A stretch of 63,919 nucleotides of DNA, counting the filler, from Rhabdomonas costata (Eukaryota): NCBI GenBank assembly GCA_019059605.1. It is 42 parts of 42 records of this genome, joined end to end, with 100 filler letters (N's around TTAATTAATTAA, not from the genome) between each part and the next. Parts side by side here need not be neighbours in the genome. Positions count along the whole stretch, not along the records: positions 12,205 to 13,628 come from JAHMHO010016327.1; positions 13,729 to 15,154 come from JAHMHO010016328.1; positions 15,255 to 16,678 come from JAHMHO010016329.1; positions 16,779 to 18,202 come from JAHMHO010016330.1; positions 18,303 to 19,726 come from JAHMHO010016331.1; positions 19,827 to 21,250 come from JAHMHO010016332.1; positions 21,351 to 22,774 come from JAHMHO010016333.1; positions 22,875 to 24,298 come from JAHMHO010016334.1; 34 more parts are not named here. One strand, written 5' to 3'. A model generated the notes under the pieces. The model was not told the origin of the DNA. It saw only the letters and a program-made list of their open reading frames with translations, and made no database searches. The position numbers and the translations under genes were made by a program. The first letter of the stretch is position 1. Every line of letters starts with the position of its first letter. Shown piece by piece: positions 13,219 through 25,047 of the stretch.

Positions 13219-16200
13219 GTAAGCACACACTGGCTCACGTGGTGGTCACGTTTCAGAAAGCGCTGGACCGAATTTTGCCCGATCCTGCAGCAGCGGATAA
13301 AACAGCTGGAAGCATGGAATCAGCCCATTTGAACCTTCACAACCCGTTAAGACCAATGGTCGCTTTCTTCTCAGCACTGTCCATTGTACCGCTTTACAAT
13401 GCAGCGTGATCCTTCAAAGTCGCTGAAAGAATTAACGTCAGCCCCACCCCCCTTCCTAATAGTCCGTTTTACACCACCACTTACATCATCAGCTCATCAT
13501 CATCATCATCATAGGCTGGCATTTCGTTTATTTGAGCGGGAACTTCCCCCGTGTTTTTCCTTTTCGTCGCTATCATTTACTGCTGTATACTTTTTGCTCT
13601 GTTTATAATTTACTCTGCCACCAAAACCNNNNNNNNNNNNNNNNNNNNNNNNNNNNNNNNNNNNNNNNNNNNTTAATTAATTAANNNNNNNNNNNNNNNN
13701 NNNNNNNNNNNNNNNNNNNNNNNNNNNNGGCACCCTTTGGGGTCTGGAACATGCTGCGCACACGTTTACAATCGTCGGAGAGGCTCAGCCCATCCCTCTT
13801 GTCAATCTGCTGCATCAGGTGTTTTACCTCCTGTTGAGCTGCACACATGCGACAGTACACCACCCAAAATGGCGCAGAAGAAATAGAAGACTCTCTGTGC
13901 CAGCGCTTTTCTTTCCATAAACGCTGTCCTTCGCGCGCGCGCGTGTGTGTGCGGCTGCATGGTCCGTCCTTGGGGTCAGGAGTTTTTGACCTATTGGTGG
14001 TTTCTGCTGTTGCGTCGTTCCTGTCTTTGGAACCGTGCGAACACCTGTTGCTGATGTTTGATAAAAAAGGTTGATTGTTTCGTTGTTTAAAATGTTCAAT
14101 GTTCTTTAATTAATTAATTAGTGTTGCTTGTTTTCCTGTTCTTTTGTTGTTCGACGTTCTGTGGGACCTTTACCCGCGTCCACGCTCAAAACGTTTTCTC
14201 TCCTGGCTTGTTTTTGGTTTCAACTCTTTCAATCTTCTGTTCTGTGCTGTTCCTTGAGGTTGTGCTTGGCGCAGAACATGGGCTAGGAGTCCATTTTGCG
14301 GACTTTGTCTCTCAACCTCTAAGAGTTTGCCTCGTGTTCCCTGTTGATGAATTCTGTCGCCTTCCGAACCAACCTGTCAAGATTCATCTCTTCTGTGCCT
14401 TTGTTGTCGCTAGTTTTTGAACCCCGAAGAACTCGGTTGCTGGTGTAACATATTTTTGTTTTAAAAAAAATGGAGTTAAATGGAGTAAAATTGAATTTCG
14501 GACACGGACTGTAAGCCAAGAGGTAAACAGAGATCCACCTGTTGCAGGCTGGAAAGCTGTTCATTGCCCTTGGCAGGAGGCGCTTTGGGGGCGCCTGGCG
14601 AAACCGGGCCGTCGTCCACCGCAATCGCCGACCCACTCGTGTTGTTAGCGTTGCTGGAGCTGCTGCTGCTGCTGCTTGAAGAGGAGGAGGAGGAGGAGGA
14701 GGAGGCCCCAGACCCCGGTGTGAGTCCGCAGGTGGGGCAAGTGGATGGGAACTGGATCCTCGTGTGGGGGTTGCGGCGGCCTTCCACAACGCGGGCAATG
14801 GCGCCCTTTTTGACAGGTGGGGAGGTTGGGAGTTGGGAGGAATTTCGCGTGGAGTGTGTAAAGGTCTTGCAAAAATAGCTGGGGAATGATGCTTGCGGGC
14901 AGGGGCGTAACAGTGGGCTTGAACGATTTTTCTGGAATAAGCTGGATTCAGGAGTATTTGCCTTTCAGCCTGTAACTTCGCTTTGGAGGGCTGATATTCG
15001 AACCACTGGCTACCGTCAGCTCCTCCCAAAAAATTTCGCGACACACCCGGACTTTTTCAGAGCAGGGACTGCTCTGCACCATGTCCAGGTACTTTGCTAC
15101 CATGAAGTCAATGGTACGGACTCCGTGGTGCCCCAGGTACCGGTCCACAAACCCNNNNNNNNNNNNNNNNNNNNNNNNNNNNNNNNNNNNNNNNNNNNTT
15201 AATTAATTAANNNNNNNNNNNNNNNNNNNNNNNNNNNNNNNNNNNNNNNNNNNNGGGTTTTTGGAAACTGCCGACGATGCATAGGAACTAAAACACTGAT
15301 GTTCCACAAGCAAACCTACAGTCTGAAACACTGTTCCAAAACGCATGTGCGTGAAGCTGAGAGACACAGAAAACTTCATTGACTACTTTTTCGCTTCCAA
15401 GCTTTGGGAAGTGCTGGTTTGCAGAATCCAGGCAGGGTACGCAGGAATTACCAAGATAAAGCCTGCGGGTACACGACAAAAACCCCACACGCAAAGGGCA
15501 CATTGAAAGCGAAAGACAGTCATGTGAAATGCAGGAATGGGGAGAAGGTTCTTTTCTCTCCCCGATCCCTTCCAATTCTCTGCTGCACAAAAACAGCCTC
15601 ACAGCCTGGCCGTCTAGGCACGGAGGTAGGGCTGAGCAAGCTGGGCCATGTCGGCCTCTGTGAAAGTTTCCGTGCACAGGTTGCTGCAGAAGTCCTGTAA
15701 AGAGACAGAGAAAGCACACGTATGCAAGCCCTTGGAATCAGAATCCGCTCACTTGGATTATGTTGTGAGTGGGCATCGAAGGCGGGTTGCGAAGGTAGGG
15801 CAACATCGGTACGTTCTTCTGCAATAATGCATCATGAATCATTGACAGCGGTGGTAATCTTGAACACAAACGTCCGACCGATAAACACCAGTTTTCTTCC
15901 TCACCTCATCTCTCGCTCGCGGGGCGGATGGATGCAGTGTTGCGTATGCACGTAAACACGTGGTCAGCACGCAAATTGACGTTGAGGGGTGGGGTGGAGG
16001 GTGACAACGGTTACCGTTAGTAGCATAAAACGTGTCAAGAATATCCGTTAAAAGCTTTGGCAACTGATGCCAGGACTCTCGAAACCAAAAATCTTGGTAA
16101 CCTGTGTTCCCTTGTTTTGGTTCGCATGTCAAAACTGATACTATCCTTGGATTTCTTGGATTTGGGCGCACGAGTGGGAAAGCATCATATAGGGGCGAAG

Positions 16201-16400
16201 GTCAGTGCGCTCTGCCGACGCGTGGGCGGGCGGAAACGTGATCTACGGGGCCTTTAGCGACTTTTTACTGCATGGGAATAATTGTTACCACTGTTACCCG
16301 TTACGACGCTTCCTCCCCGCCCCCCAAATGTCGGTGAGAATAGCGCTGACCTTTCAAAGGTGAGCAATCAGTCTCACCCTTACCCCCGAAAAAAAAACAG

Positions 16401-16678
16401 GAAGACCTGGAAGGCTTGGTTGCCTCGGAGCAGGCTCTGCTGCAGCACCGCCAGGCCCTCGCCACGCTGTACGCCGACCCCGCCCTGGGCACCGACGACG
16501 ACGCCCTGCGTGAGCTGCTGTCCTCCGTGAAGGGTTTTGCGGAGCGGTGGCAGTCCACTCGAAAGCTGTGGGAGCAGCTCCAGGATCGCGGCCGCCGTGC
16601 CGCCGCCGCGCGGGCCCGACCTCACAGCGTGCTGCACACCCTTCGGGAGGCCCTGACCTCAGGGAAGGCCCCAACCAC
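16401..16678 (+). CDS. Exon, possibly formin FH2 C-terminus with DAD-like motif
   Basis: GC-rich exon after a CAG acceptor: LATLYAD...ELLSSVKGFAERWQSTRK...VLHTLREALTSGKA, resembling the FH2 end plus MDxLLEALxSG. Confidence 0.4.
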
Positions 16679-16778
16679 NNNNNNNNNNNNNNNNNNNNNN
16701 NNNNNNNNNNNNNNNNNNNNNNTTAATTAATTAANNNNNNNNNNNNNNNNNNNNNNNNNNNNNNNNNNNNNNNNNNNN

Positions 16779-17835
16779 GGTTGTGGACACGGGGATTGGG
16801 CTCAGCGAGGCTGCGATGGGGCGGCTGTTCCAGCCCTTCAGCCAGGCGGACAGCTCGATCACGCGTCGGTACGGGGGCACGGGTCTGGGTCTTGTGATTT
16901 CGCAGCGGCTGATGCAGCGGATGCACGGCACGCTGCGAGTGAGCAGCGGAGGGGAAGGCCAGGGGTGCCGGTTCACGGCGACTGTGCCGTGCTTCTGCCC
17001 GGAGGCTCCAGAGGAGCTTCGTTCGAGCCTGGACGTGCGTGCGTCCAGCCTTCGTATGGTGGAAGGCTGGCACCCCCGTGTGGTTGTGATCGACTCGTTG
17101 GGGTTGAGGCGACAGGCGACATGCGAGCTGCTTCAGGTTGGTCACTGTGTTCCGCAATGCAGGAGAGGAGGGTTTTAGATGTTTTCGTAGGTGCGTAATC
17201 CCTGTGTTCTTTTTCATCCGTGTTTCGCCGATGTGCTTCGTTTCTTAGCTATCTGTGTCGTAGGGGGACCCTTGCCGTAGATTGTGGTATCGTGTTTTGG
17301 TCAGATAATGACTCTCCGCTTTGAAGCAGTGGACAGCCTGGAGGAGGTCATTAATGTTGCTCCGTCTTCCACTGCACGCCCCGAGCTCGAGGAGCCTGTC
17401 GTTGTACTCATCTTCCTCCCCAAGACTCCCTTCGAAGCTCAAGAGACTCTTTCCGCCCTTCAAAGGGCTCAGCAGCACAGAACCTTCCGCACTCTGCACG
17501 TCAGCCCTGTGAAGGTGAGCGGGTGGGAGGTGCCTTCGCCCTCGGTGAGCCTTCCGTTGACGCTGCCCAAGCTGCACCAGGCACTGAGCGCGATGTCCGA
17601 CGTAGACATTCCAACCCACGGTTCCTCGCGGCACATCCGTGCTCATGTGGTTGTGCCCGAGGCGTTCAGCTCGGCGAGGGTGCTTGTGGTGGACGATGTT
17701 CCGATGAATCGGCGAGTGCTTCGGCTGAAGCTGCAGCAGATGGGGATCACGGAGGTTGTGGAGGCTGGGAACGGGCTGGAGGCTCTTAGGGCCATCGAGG
17801 AGGCCGCCTTCATTTTCAGCGCGATACTGATGGAT
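16779..17835 (+). CDS. Hybrid sensor histidine kinase/response regulator, partial (exons 16779..17136 and 17305..17835)
   Basis: HATPase_c G1/F/G2 boxes (VDTGIG...[23 protein letters not shown]), then a degenerate receiver, then a canonical receiver RVLVVDD...N...EAGNGLEAL...ILMD; GT-AG introns. Confidence 0.93.
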
Positions 17836-18388
17836 GTATGTTTTTCTTGTGATGTAGGTTCCTGGACAGCCTGTCGTTCGATCATGATGAATTTGGCGGT
17901 ATCGGTTGAATCGGTTGATCATTCTGCCCTTCCAACCTGCAGGGTGTCCCACGAATTTCTTTACAATGTTGGTGGGTCTTTAGAACTGCAGGGGCGTGTA
18001 TTTTGGTGGGGCACATGGTGGGTAGCTATATTTCTACGAATGCCATTTTAATGGGTGCAGGACTGGCCTCCCATGCATGCGGTGCACTTGCGGTACAAAG
18101 GAAATACTCTGACAAAGGGAATACTCTAACAAACACTGTGCACGAGCTGACACCCACATATTTAGTTCGGTGTCATCTTCTCCGAGTACGTGCCCCAAAA
18201 AANNNNNNNNNNNNNNNNNNNNNNNNNNNNNNNNNNNNNNNNNNNNTTAATTAATTAANNNNNNNNNNNNNNNNNNNNNNNNNNNNNNNNNNNNNNNNNN
18301 NNGTTTTTTTTTCGTTTCATTGGGCACTGTGCAGGGTGTCTCTCTCTCTCTCTTACTCGCTCGCTCCCTCGCTCGCTCGCTCTCTCAG

Positions 18389-19726
18389 CACAACAAGCTA
18401 TGCTCGTCTCTGCTGCACTTGGCGGCGAACCAGCCCCTGGCGTACGTCTTTCCGTCCCTGTTGGCGCTGGCGGACACGTGTGCCCCTCCCACCCGCCGGC
18501 ACTTCTTAAGAGAAGAAAGGGTCAGACCCCTAACAATAATGTAATTCATCACCAGCGCCCCTTCCTGCTTCCAGCACTATCCCGTTCACATAGTTGCCCA
18601 CGTTCAACCGTGCAAGTGGTGGCGCAAAGGAACACGAATCCAAGCGCTCTCTGTTTTAGACTTGGCTCTGCGTGTTGGGTTGATGGGTTGGGGCCGCCTC
18701 ATCAGTGTGTTCTTTTCTGCTCATCTCAGGGCTGGCACTGAAGGCCTGGTGGCGATGTGGAAGGTGCCCCTCTTTTTCCCCGCACCCGTATCTTTGGCTT
18801 TTTTGTTCGAATAGGGGTCTCTTATTCCTAGTGTGATGTGCCCCGTAAATAGTGTGGATAATAAGGAGCGTCTGTTATATGCATGTGATGACGGTATACA
18901 TTACCGTTGTTCTGGTGGTTGACTTTTCGCCGCAATTCGAGGAGATTCCCCATCCCAAGACCGATGCCAGAAAACTTCTGTTGCGATCCCATTGAAAGAG
19001 TCATTGCCGTCAGCCCAAGCCAGTGACTGTGTATGAGGGATTCTGCGGAAGTCAGCAGAGAGCTGCTGCAGCACAAGGTCCGGAGGTTCCATCCAATTAA
19101 GCAAGCTCCTGAGAATCCATGTCACGAGCCAGTAGGCGAGCGCGGTGAGTTGGAGCTCCAGAAAGCCGCCGCGGTTGAGGATATGTCAGCCAGGTTTCCC
19201 AACGATTTCTGCCCTGCAGTAAAGTGGTGATCCTGGAGAAGTGGCCACAAGGCAGGTGGACACTCGAAATCTTCGCTGGGGGAAAAAGTATCCAAAATAG
19301 CAATGTCTCGTGCACGAAGTGCGCCCGCTCAAAAGAACTAGGCCGTTTTTCTATAATTTTCTCTCATTGTGTTAGTTGCTACACGCCGCTTCTTTAATGA
19401 CCCCTTTACACCCATCCTTGCGCTGTATTTGGATAAAGCACTACTTTGCCTTCCCTCTTCTCCGGTTCAGTCGGTGTTTCAGCCGCCATAACTCTCTGTG
19501 TGCCTTTGTGTGTGAACGTGTGGCTATTTTGTATATCTGTTTCCAACGCGGTGTGATTGTGTGATTGATTGTGCGCTGCAGCACCCCTCGCTGTTCCCTC
19601 ACTCCGTGCGGTGCACCTTCTTCGACCACGTCACCTATGGGTCGCGGCTGGCGGTGGTGCGGGCGGTCGGCCCGTCGCCTGCGCTGACGCTGTCCTCGCC
19701 CACCACACCGCGGGCGCCCCCCAAAA
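18389..19726 (+). CDS. HECT E3 ubiquitin ligase, TRIP12/UPL3/Ufd4-like, partial (exons 18389..18441, 18730..18763, 19582..19726)
   Basis: Phase-compatible splicing gives HNKLCSSLLHLAANQPLA-AGTEGLVAMWK-HPSLFPHSVRCTFFDHVTYGSRLAV, resembling the pre-HECT KL...QL.DPL...PFLFPFETR..F...FG region. Confidence 0.6.
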
Positions 19727-21356
19727 NNNNNNNNNNNNNNNNNNNNNNNNNNNNNNNNNNNNNNNNNNNNTTAATTAATTAANNNNNNNNNNNNNNNNNN
19801 NNNNNNNNNNNNNNNNNNNNNNNNNNTACCAAAGTAAATCAACGTCTGTGAGAGCACGAAAGAAACAACGAGTATTGTGTATTAATGTAAAAGTATCAAG
19901 AGTCGGTGGTGAATGTCCACAAAGTTCATTTTGAAAAAAGGGCTTTTTGTTGTAGGGAAACTGGTGTGAAAGCATGTGTTGTTTAAAGTATTTGTTTGCG
20001 TGGAATTGAAAAACTTTGTCCGGTTTGATGATTCTGTATATGCTGTGTGTTTGTTTTTGTTTTCGTCACGAAAATCCCAACAAACATTAATAACCTAAAT
20101 TATAGATATATTAAAGAATACTTGTAAAATATACGAATACAACGTGTTTTTGGTCTTTGTATTGTTTATGTGGTTTGTTAGTGCCATAATGTGATTTTCA
20201 AAACGGCAAAATTTTTATTGGCGTCTTCTCTTATAGCAACATTTGGCCAGTATATTTAAATACATGGAGGTTAAATTTTTCCACACTTTTCTGCAACAAA
20301 TGGAGTAATGTTTGTTAAACAGATGATGGCGGTTAGGAATTTTCATAATCCGTATAAACCACTGCTTTTTTTGGCGTAAATGGTGTAATGCCAAAAGCGT
20401 CATTAATAACTCAAAAAAATGAAATTCACCAAATTTTCGAGTAAAAATTGTAATGCGTCATATTTCAGACGTCATATTACAGATTACTTATATGATTTCA
20501 ACTCAAATTGCTCTCGAATGCTAGTTTTGAACACTAAAATTTTCGTTGGGAAATTTTGAGACAACAAATTAAGCTCTTTAATCAATATAGACTATGTGAA
20601 ATAATGAATCCTAATCCTTCACCAAACCATTGGGCTTGTTCAAATTTATCGTCACAATTACCCATGCGCTTGATTCCTTGATTCCTTGATTGCTCTTTTG
20701 TTTTATGATTCCCTGATATATTCTGTACATAAAAATTCTAGATTTTTGTGTGCATCCGGTTGCATTTCGTGCATCCAGTTATTTGGCTATCAATCGCCTA
20801 AAGTTTAAGTATTTTGGTGCATTTTAGCTTCCGCTTTATCACGTTATGCGAACCAACACAGACCAGATTCAAGATCTATAAGAACTCAAATACAGAAGCA
20901 CAGGATGCTGAATGAGTCAATAATCTAAGAAAACACGTTTTAATTGCCACAGTTTTGTGTTTTGAATTCGACAAAATGGTGAATTTTCGCATTTCAATAG
21001 CCCAATTAAGAAATTAAGAAACATAATGTGTGCCAAATATACCTTCTCCTTGGCGCCGATGACATTTGTTTAAGCGCCTGGTTGAATGGTGGATATCCCC
21101 TCGCCTTCTCGTCACCGGAAACTCCGGCAACCACTTGTTTCCCATGTCTCAAGACCACCGATGGTTATGCACCAGCAACATACCAACCCAGCCCTGAGTC
21201 TGAGTTTTATGGACGTCTCTGCTGAAGGACACCATGGACCCAACACACCCNNNNNNNNNNNNNNNNNNNNNNNNNNNNNNNNNNNNNNNNNNNNTTAATT
21301 AATTAANNNNNNNNNNNNNNNNNNNNNNNNNNNNNNNNNNNNNNNNNNNNTTTGGT

Positions 21357-21917
21357 GTGATCACCAGGCCACCTGGCAGTGCTGCCTTACGTGCAGGAGC
21401 GGTCACTTCCCAGGGTGACTCCTCCAAGCCGTCGACCTCAGAAACAGTGGCAGCTACGTCAGAGACTGTAGACAAGGAAGACTCGGGAACAGCTCCTGCC
21501 ATTGCGGTTGATGTGGGTCCAGTGGCAAGTCCTGAACCCTGCGTTCCCGCCAACAGGGATTTGTCCACGGAACCTCCACCACTTGCGGACGTCAGGGAGC
21601 CTGTCGTACTCAGAGAGGGTGAAGCGCGTGTAAGAGACACAGCGGAGTCAGCTGGTGGTGGTGAAGCTGCCGCAATCGGGACCATCACAAGCTCGGCTGT
21701 TCCTGTGGAGTCGGTTACAGCGGAGCTTGTAGAGGCTTCCACTGGCGAGCAGCCTCCCAGCATGGCAGAATGTGTGGTGTTAGGCTCTGGGGCTGCTGAC
21801 CTATGCGTGGGTGACTCGGTGGCTCAGGACGGTGGCCTGGTGGATGGCCCAGCTGTGGTCTTGAAGGACGGAACGGAGGGCTGTCCCGAGGAGCCCTCGG
21901 TGCCGTTTGGTACATAG
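21357..21917 (+). CDS. Hypothetical low-complexity acidic A/S/E/P/V-rich exon
   Basis: 186-codon open frame with coding-like composition; no recognisable domain. Confidence 0.4.
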   Translation: MITRPPGSAALRAGAVTSQGDSSKPSTSETVAATSETVDKEDSGTAPAIAVDVGPVASPEPCVPANRDLSTEPPPLADVREPVVLREGEARVRDTAESAGGGEAAAIGTITSSAVPVESVTAELVEASTGEQPPSMAECVVLGSGAADLCVGDSVAQDGGLVDGPAVVLKDGTEGCPEEPSVPFGT

Positions 21918-22700
21918 GGGGACACGAGTACAGATGCCGTGGAATTTCAAGTGCTCTGCAAGTATCACAGTTCCCACCAGTGAATTGCTGGTTTGGATCC
22001 GGGGAGCTTTAAGAGGCATGCACAGATGCTTCTCGGATGGTGTCATGACGCGCTCGGCGCGAAGTTCAGTGCTGAAGACTCGTTGACAATCAATCCAGCA
22101 CACGGGGACTAAGTTCATCTCTGCCTACTTTCTCTTGACCGTCAGTGCCAACAACACACCGTTCTGTTTCCCGCCATATTTGATTAGTGATATCTCGATT
22201 TTGCGACCGATTTTTTTTGGGTTGCACCGAATTTGTGCGGAAGCTGTAGTGTTTCCTTTTGCACTACCGATGCTTCTTTTGTACCAATTCCAACAGATTG
22301 CATTTTGCTGTGTTTTTTGTGCTCCTCGCGGTTTGGCCTCTTCGACGCCCCGGTTCGCTTCTTCGACTCAGCCTGCTGTTCGGAGGAGCCAGGCTCGTTG
22401 CCGTGAGGTGGGTCCTGTAGAACCCTTTTGTGTGCCCCATGGCAGACCCCTTTGTTCGACCAGGAGGGAACTTTGCCTCCCAGATCGAGCATCTGATCTC
22501 CCGTTACCCTGGAACGGGGCATGCGGATACAAATAAATAGTATGCTTGTCCGTTTTTCAACGCCCCTTATTTTGTCCTACTCGCAACCCCCTGCTCTGAG
22601 TTGTGGTAGAACCAGGGCACTTGGGCCGCAACGATATCAATGATAGGTCAGGTTGGATGGCCATGGTTTTTTTTGACACATTTCATTTCATTTCATTTTG

Positions 22701-22768
22701 TTTTATTTTATTTTATTTCAATGGATCTCAAAGCGCTTTGAGATCCATTGAAATAAAATAAAATAAAA
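22701..22768. repeat. Perfect loop-less palindrome (34-bp arms) at contig end
   Basis: ...TTTCAATGGATCTCAAAGC|GCTTTGAGATCCATTGAAA... flanked by (TTTTA)n and (TAAAA)n. Confidence 0.95.
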
Positions 22769-23448
22769 TAAAACNNNNNNNNNNNNNNNNNNNNNNNNNN
22801 NNNNNNNNNNNNNNNNNNTTAATTAATTAANNNNNNNNNNNNNNNNNNNNNNNNNNNNNNNNNNNNNNNNNNNNGTTGTTTTGGGAGTAAAACTCCTTTC
22901 AAACTTTTAGATTCACGTTGCAAAGTTCCAATTTTCGGCCTCAAGAAATAGTGACGTAGGCGTGTTTTGAGTTCACGGCGTGCACTTTTCAGCGCCAAAC
23001 ATCAGGCGACATACTGACTGCCCTGATTTTGAACCGCTATGCCCTAACTTGAACTTCCCCGACAAAGTCTCAATTTACGGTCGAGCGTACTGTACTACTA
23101 CCGGTCGAGCCTACAATATTTTGATCCTTTTGGTGGACCTGGTAAGGCAAATGAGGGCTGGTCGGTAAGGCTACGGCACTCCTGTGTACTGCCATCGTGC
23201 AGCCCCTTGTCATAAAACTGACACTGTCTGAAAAGACTGGTTCTTTTTATCTCTTTCAGCTTTAGTGCTATTGGCAGTGGCCTTGCTTCAACGTTTTGCA
23301 GCTCGGTTTTGATTGGGTTGCTGAACGAAAAGAGGAATCCGTGTTGGTTGATTACCCGAACCATCGGATAATACACTCGCAATGCCTGTGGGAAGGATCG
23401 CCTTTCAGTCTGGGCATGCGTGTGTTCGATTGGGCGTGTGTTTCGCAG

Positions 23449-24105
23449 GGGTCGCTGCCCTTGGAATGGTTGCCTTCGGCCCAACTTGCTCTTCAGTGGA
23501 CCTTATTGTGCTGTGCTTCCCTGAGTCTCGCACGCCGTGCTGCGGTTTGGACATGAGGTGGCACCCTTGGCGATGGGCTTGGAAGAAATCCTGCTTGGGT
23601 TTGTCTTTGTGCGTGCGGGGTGGGTTTTCGCGAATACGGTGTGGGTACTGTCGTAAATCTTCGTCTGCATGAAGCAAGAGGCGGCGCAAAAGGGATACAA
23701 AGAGCTGTCCAACCGGCCACGCAGCGCTTCGGGAATACTGTTGTATACTTACAGGTCTGAAGTTAATTTTGAAGTCCAGGAATTATTCTGCCATGATTCA
23801 GTTACTGCTCATGTTTTCAAGGAGTCATTTTGTCTCATGGGTTTGCTGTTGCGGACACCTTGGCAAAATGCGTGCAACGTAGGCTGCTGGGGTGCTGCTT
23901 CCCATGTTTTGGCCGCTGCGGCAACGGGGTGCTTCGAGGGTTGAGCAGCTTTGCCTGTGGTGTTGCGGCTCGGGCTTCCTTGGCGGGGCTTGTCCTGGCC
24001 ACTCTGGCGGTGACTCAGCCGCCATTGGGGCCTCTGCTGGCAGCCATTGGGCTCACCACTGGTGGGCTTATTGACATGTGGCTTCCGCTGCTCGTCCACC
24101 TCAAA
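23449..24105 (+). CDS. Amino-acid transporter (Aa_trans/AAAP family), partial (exons ~23449..23512 and 23949..24105)
   Basis: GVAALGMVAFG and ARASLAGLVLATLAVTQPPLGPLLAAIGLTTGGLIDMWLPLLVHLK match the C-terminal TM pattern R...LA..P.F...IG......LP...LK. Confidence 0.6.
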
Positions 24106-24398
24106 GTATGCAAGCAGGTTTTGCTTTTACATCTGATCCACCCAAGTTTGAATGGTGGTGTGTGTGTGTGTGTGTCAGCAACTGACGTCTGTCGATCGGG
24201 AAAACGATTTTCTGAGATGCGGTTTGCATTCGGTGCTGAAGGTCTCTTGCGCAGATACGCAAATGCTGGGACGGCGGCTTTGTACCAGACCAACACAANN
24301 NNNNNNNNNNNNNNNNNNNNNNNNNNNNNNNNNNNNNNNNNNTTAATTAATTAANNNNNNNNNNNNNNNNNNNNNNNNNNNNNNNNNNNNNNNNNNNN

Positions 24399-25047
24399 GG
24401 GTTTGGTGTACTCCGCGAGGGTCCGCACCATCGCGGGGCAGTTCGGGACATGGTGCAGCACAAGCTGCGCGAAGATCAGGTCAAAGGTGCCCAGCACGTG
24501 GCGCCACAGGGAATGCCCTGGGGAGCTCCACACGGGAAGCTCACCGGTCACCGCGGTGAGCTTGCTGGCAGCGCGGCTGGCCACGGCCCTCCCCAGGAAT
24601 GCCTGCGGAGAGACGGGGAGGTCATGCTCGCAGAAAACGGAAAACCGAAAGATCGATCTTACCGTTCGATGGTGGTTTCTGGAATTGATCACGGCACCAC
24701 TATAGTTGTCGTTGTTGTTCACGTTGCTTAAAAGGCAACAGGCTCCAGTTTGACGCAAAGTCCACTAGGGACTGTTTTGCCCCCCCCCCCCGGGGGGGGA
24801 AAGGAAATCACAAGTCCCTTTTTGTCAGAAAAACCTTGGTCATCTCCTGTGAGACGTCCAGCCCGACGGAGCCGGAGAGGTAGGGCAGTAGGGCGAAGGT
24901 CAGCACCCCAGTGCCGCACCCGAAGTCCAGCCCACGGCAGCCCTTCTGAGTCAGCGCATGGAACCAGGGCTGCGTCTGCAGGGCGATGCTAACCATTCTT
25001 GCACAAGCCTCGGGGAAGGGCACGCCCCGCCCGCATCTCAGGTCAGG
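24399..25047 (-). CDS. Class I SAM-dependent methyltransferase, partial (exons 25047..24835 and 24602..24399)
   Basis: Motif I LDFGCGTG, then GLDVSQEM, then FDLIFAQLVLHHVP...LAEYTKP; in-frame GT-AG intron. Confidence 0.92.

Noticed and set aside
14106-14117. TTAATTAATTAA inside a contig without Ns
   Set aside because: Part of a short natural (TAAT)n run; no sign of a join.
14200-14430. Minus-strand frame with two in-frame TAGs, suggesting TAG=Gln reassignment (another near 11100)
   Set aside because: No conserved host exon contains in-frame TAR, TrxR terminates at TAA, and these frames also hit other stops; more likely non-coding or decayed sequence.
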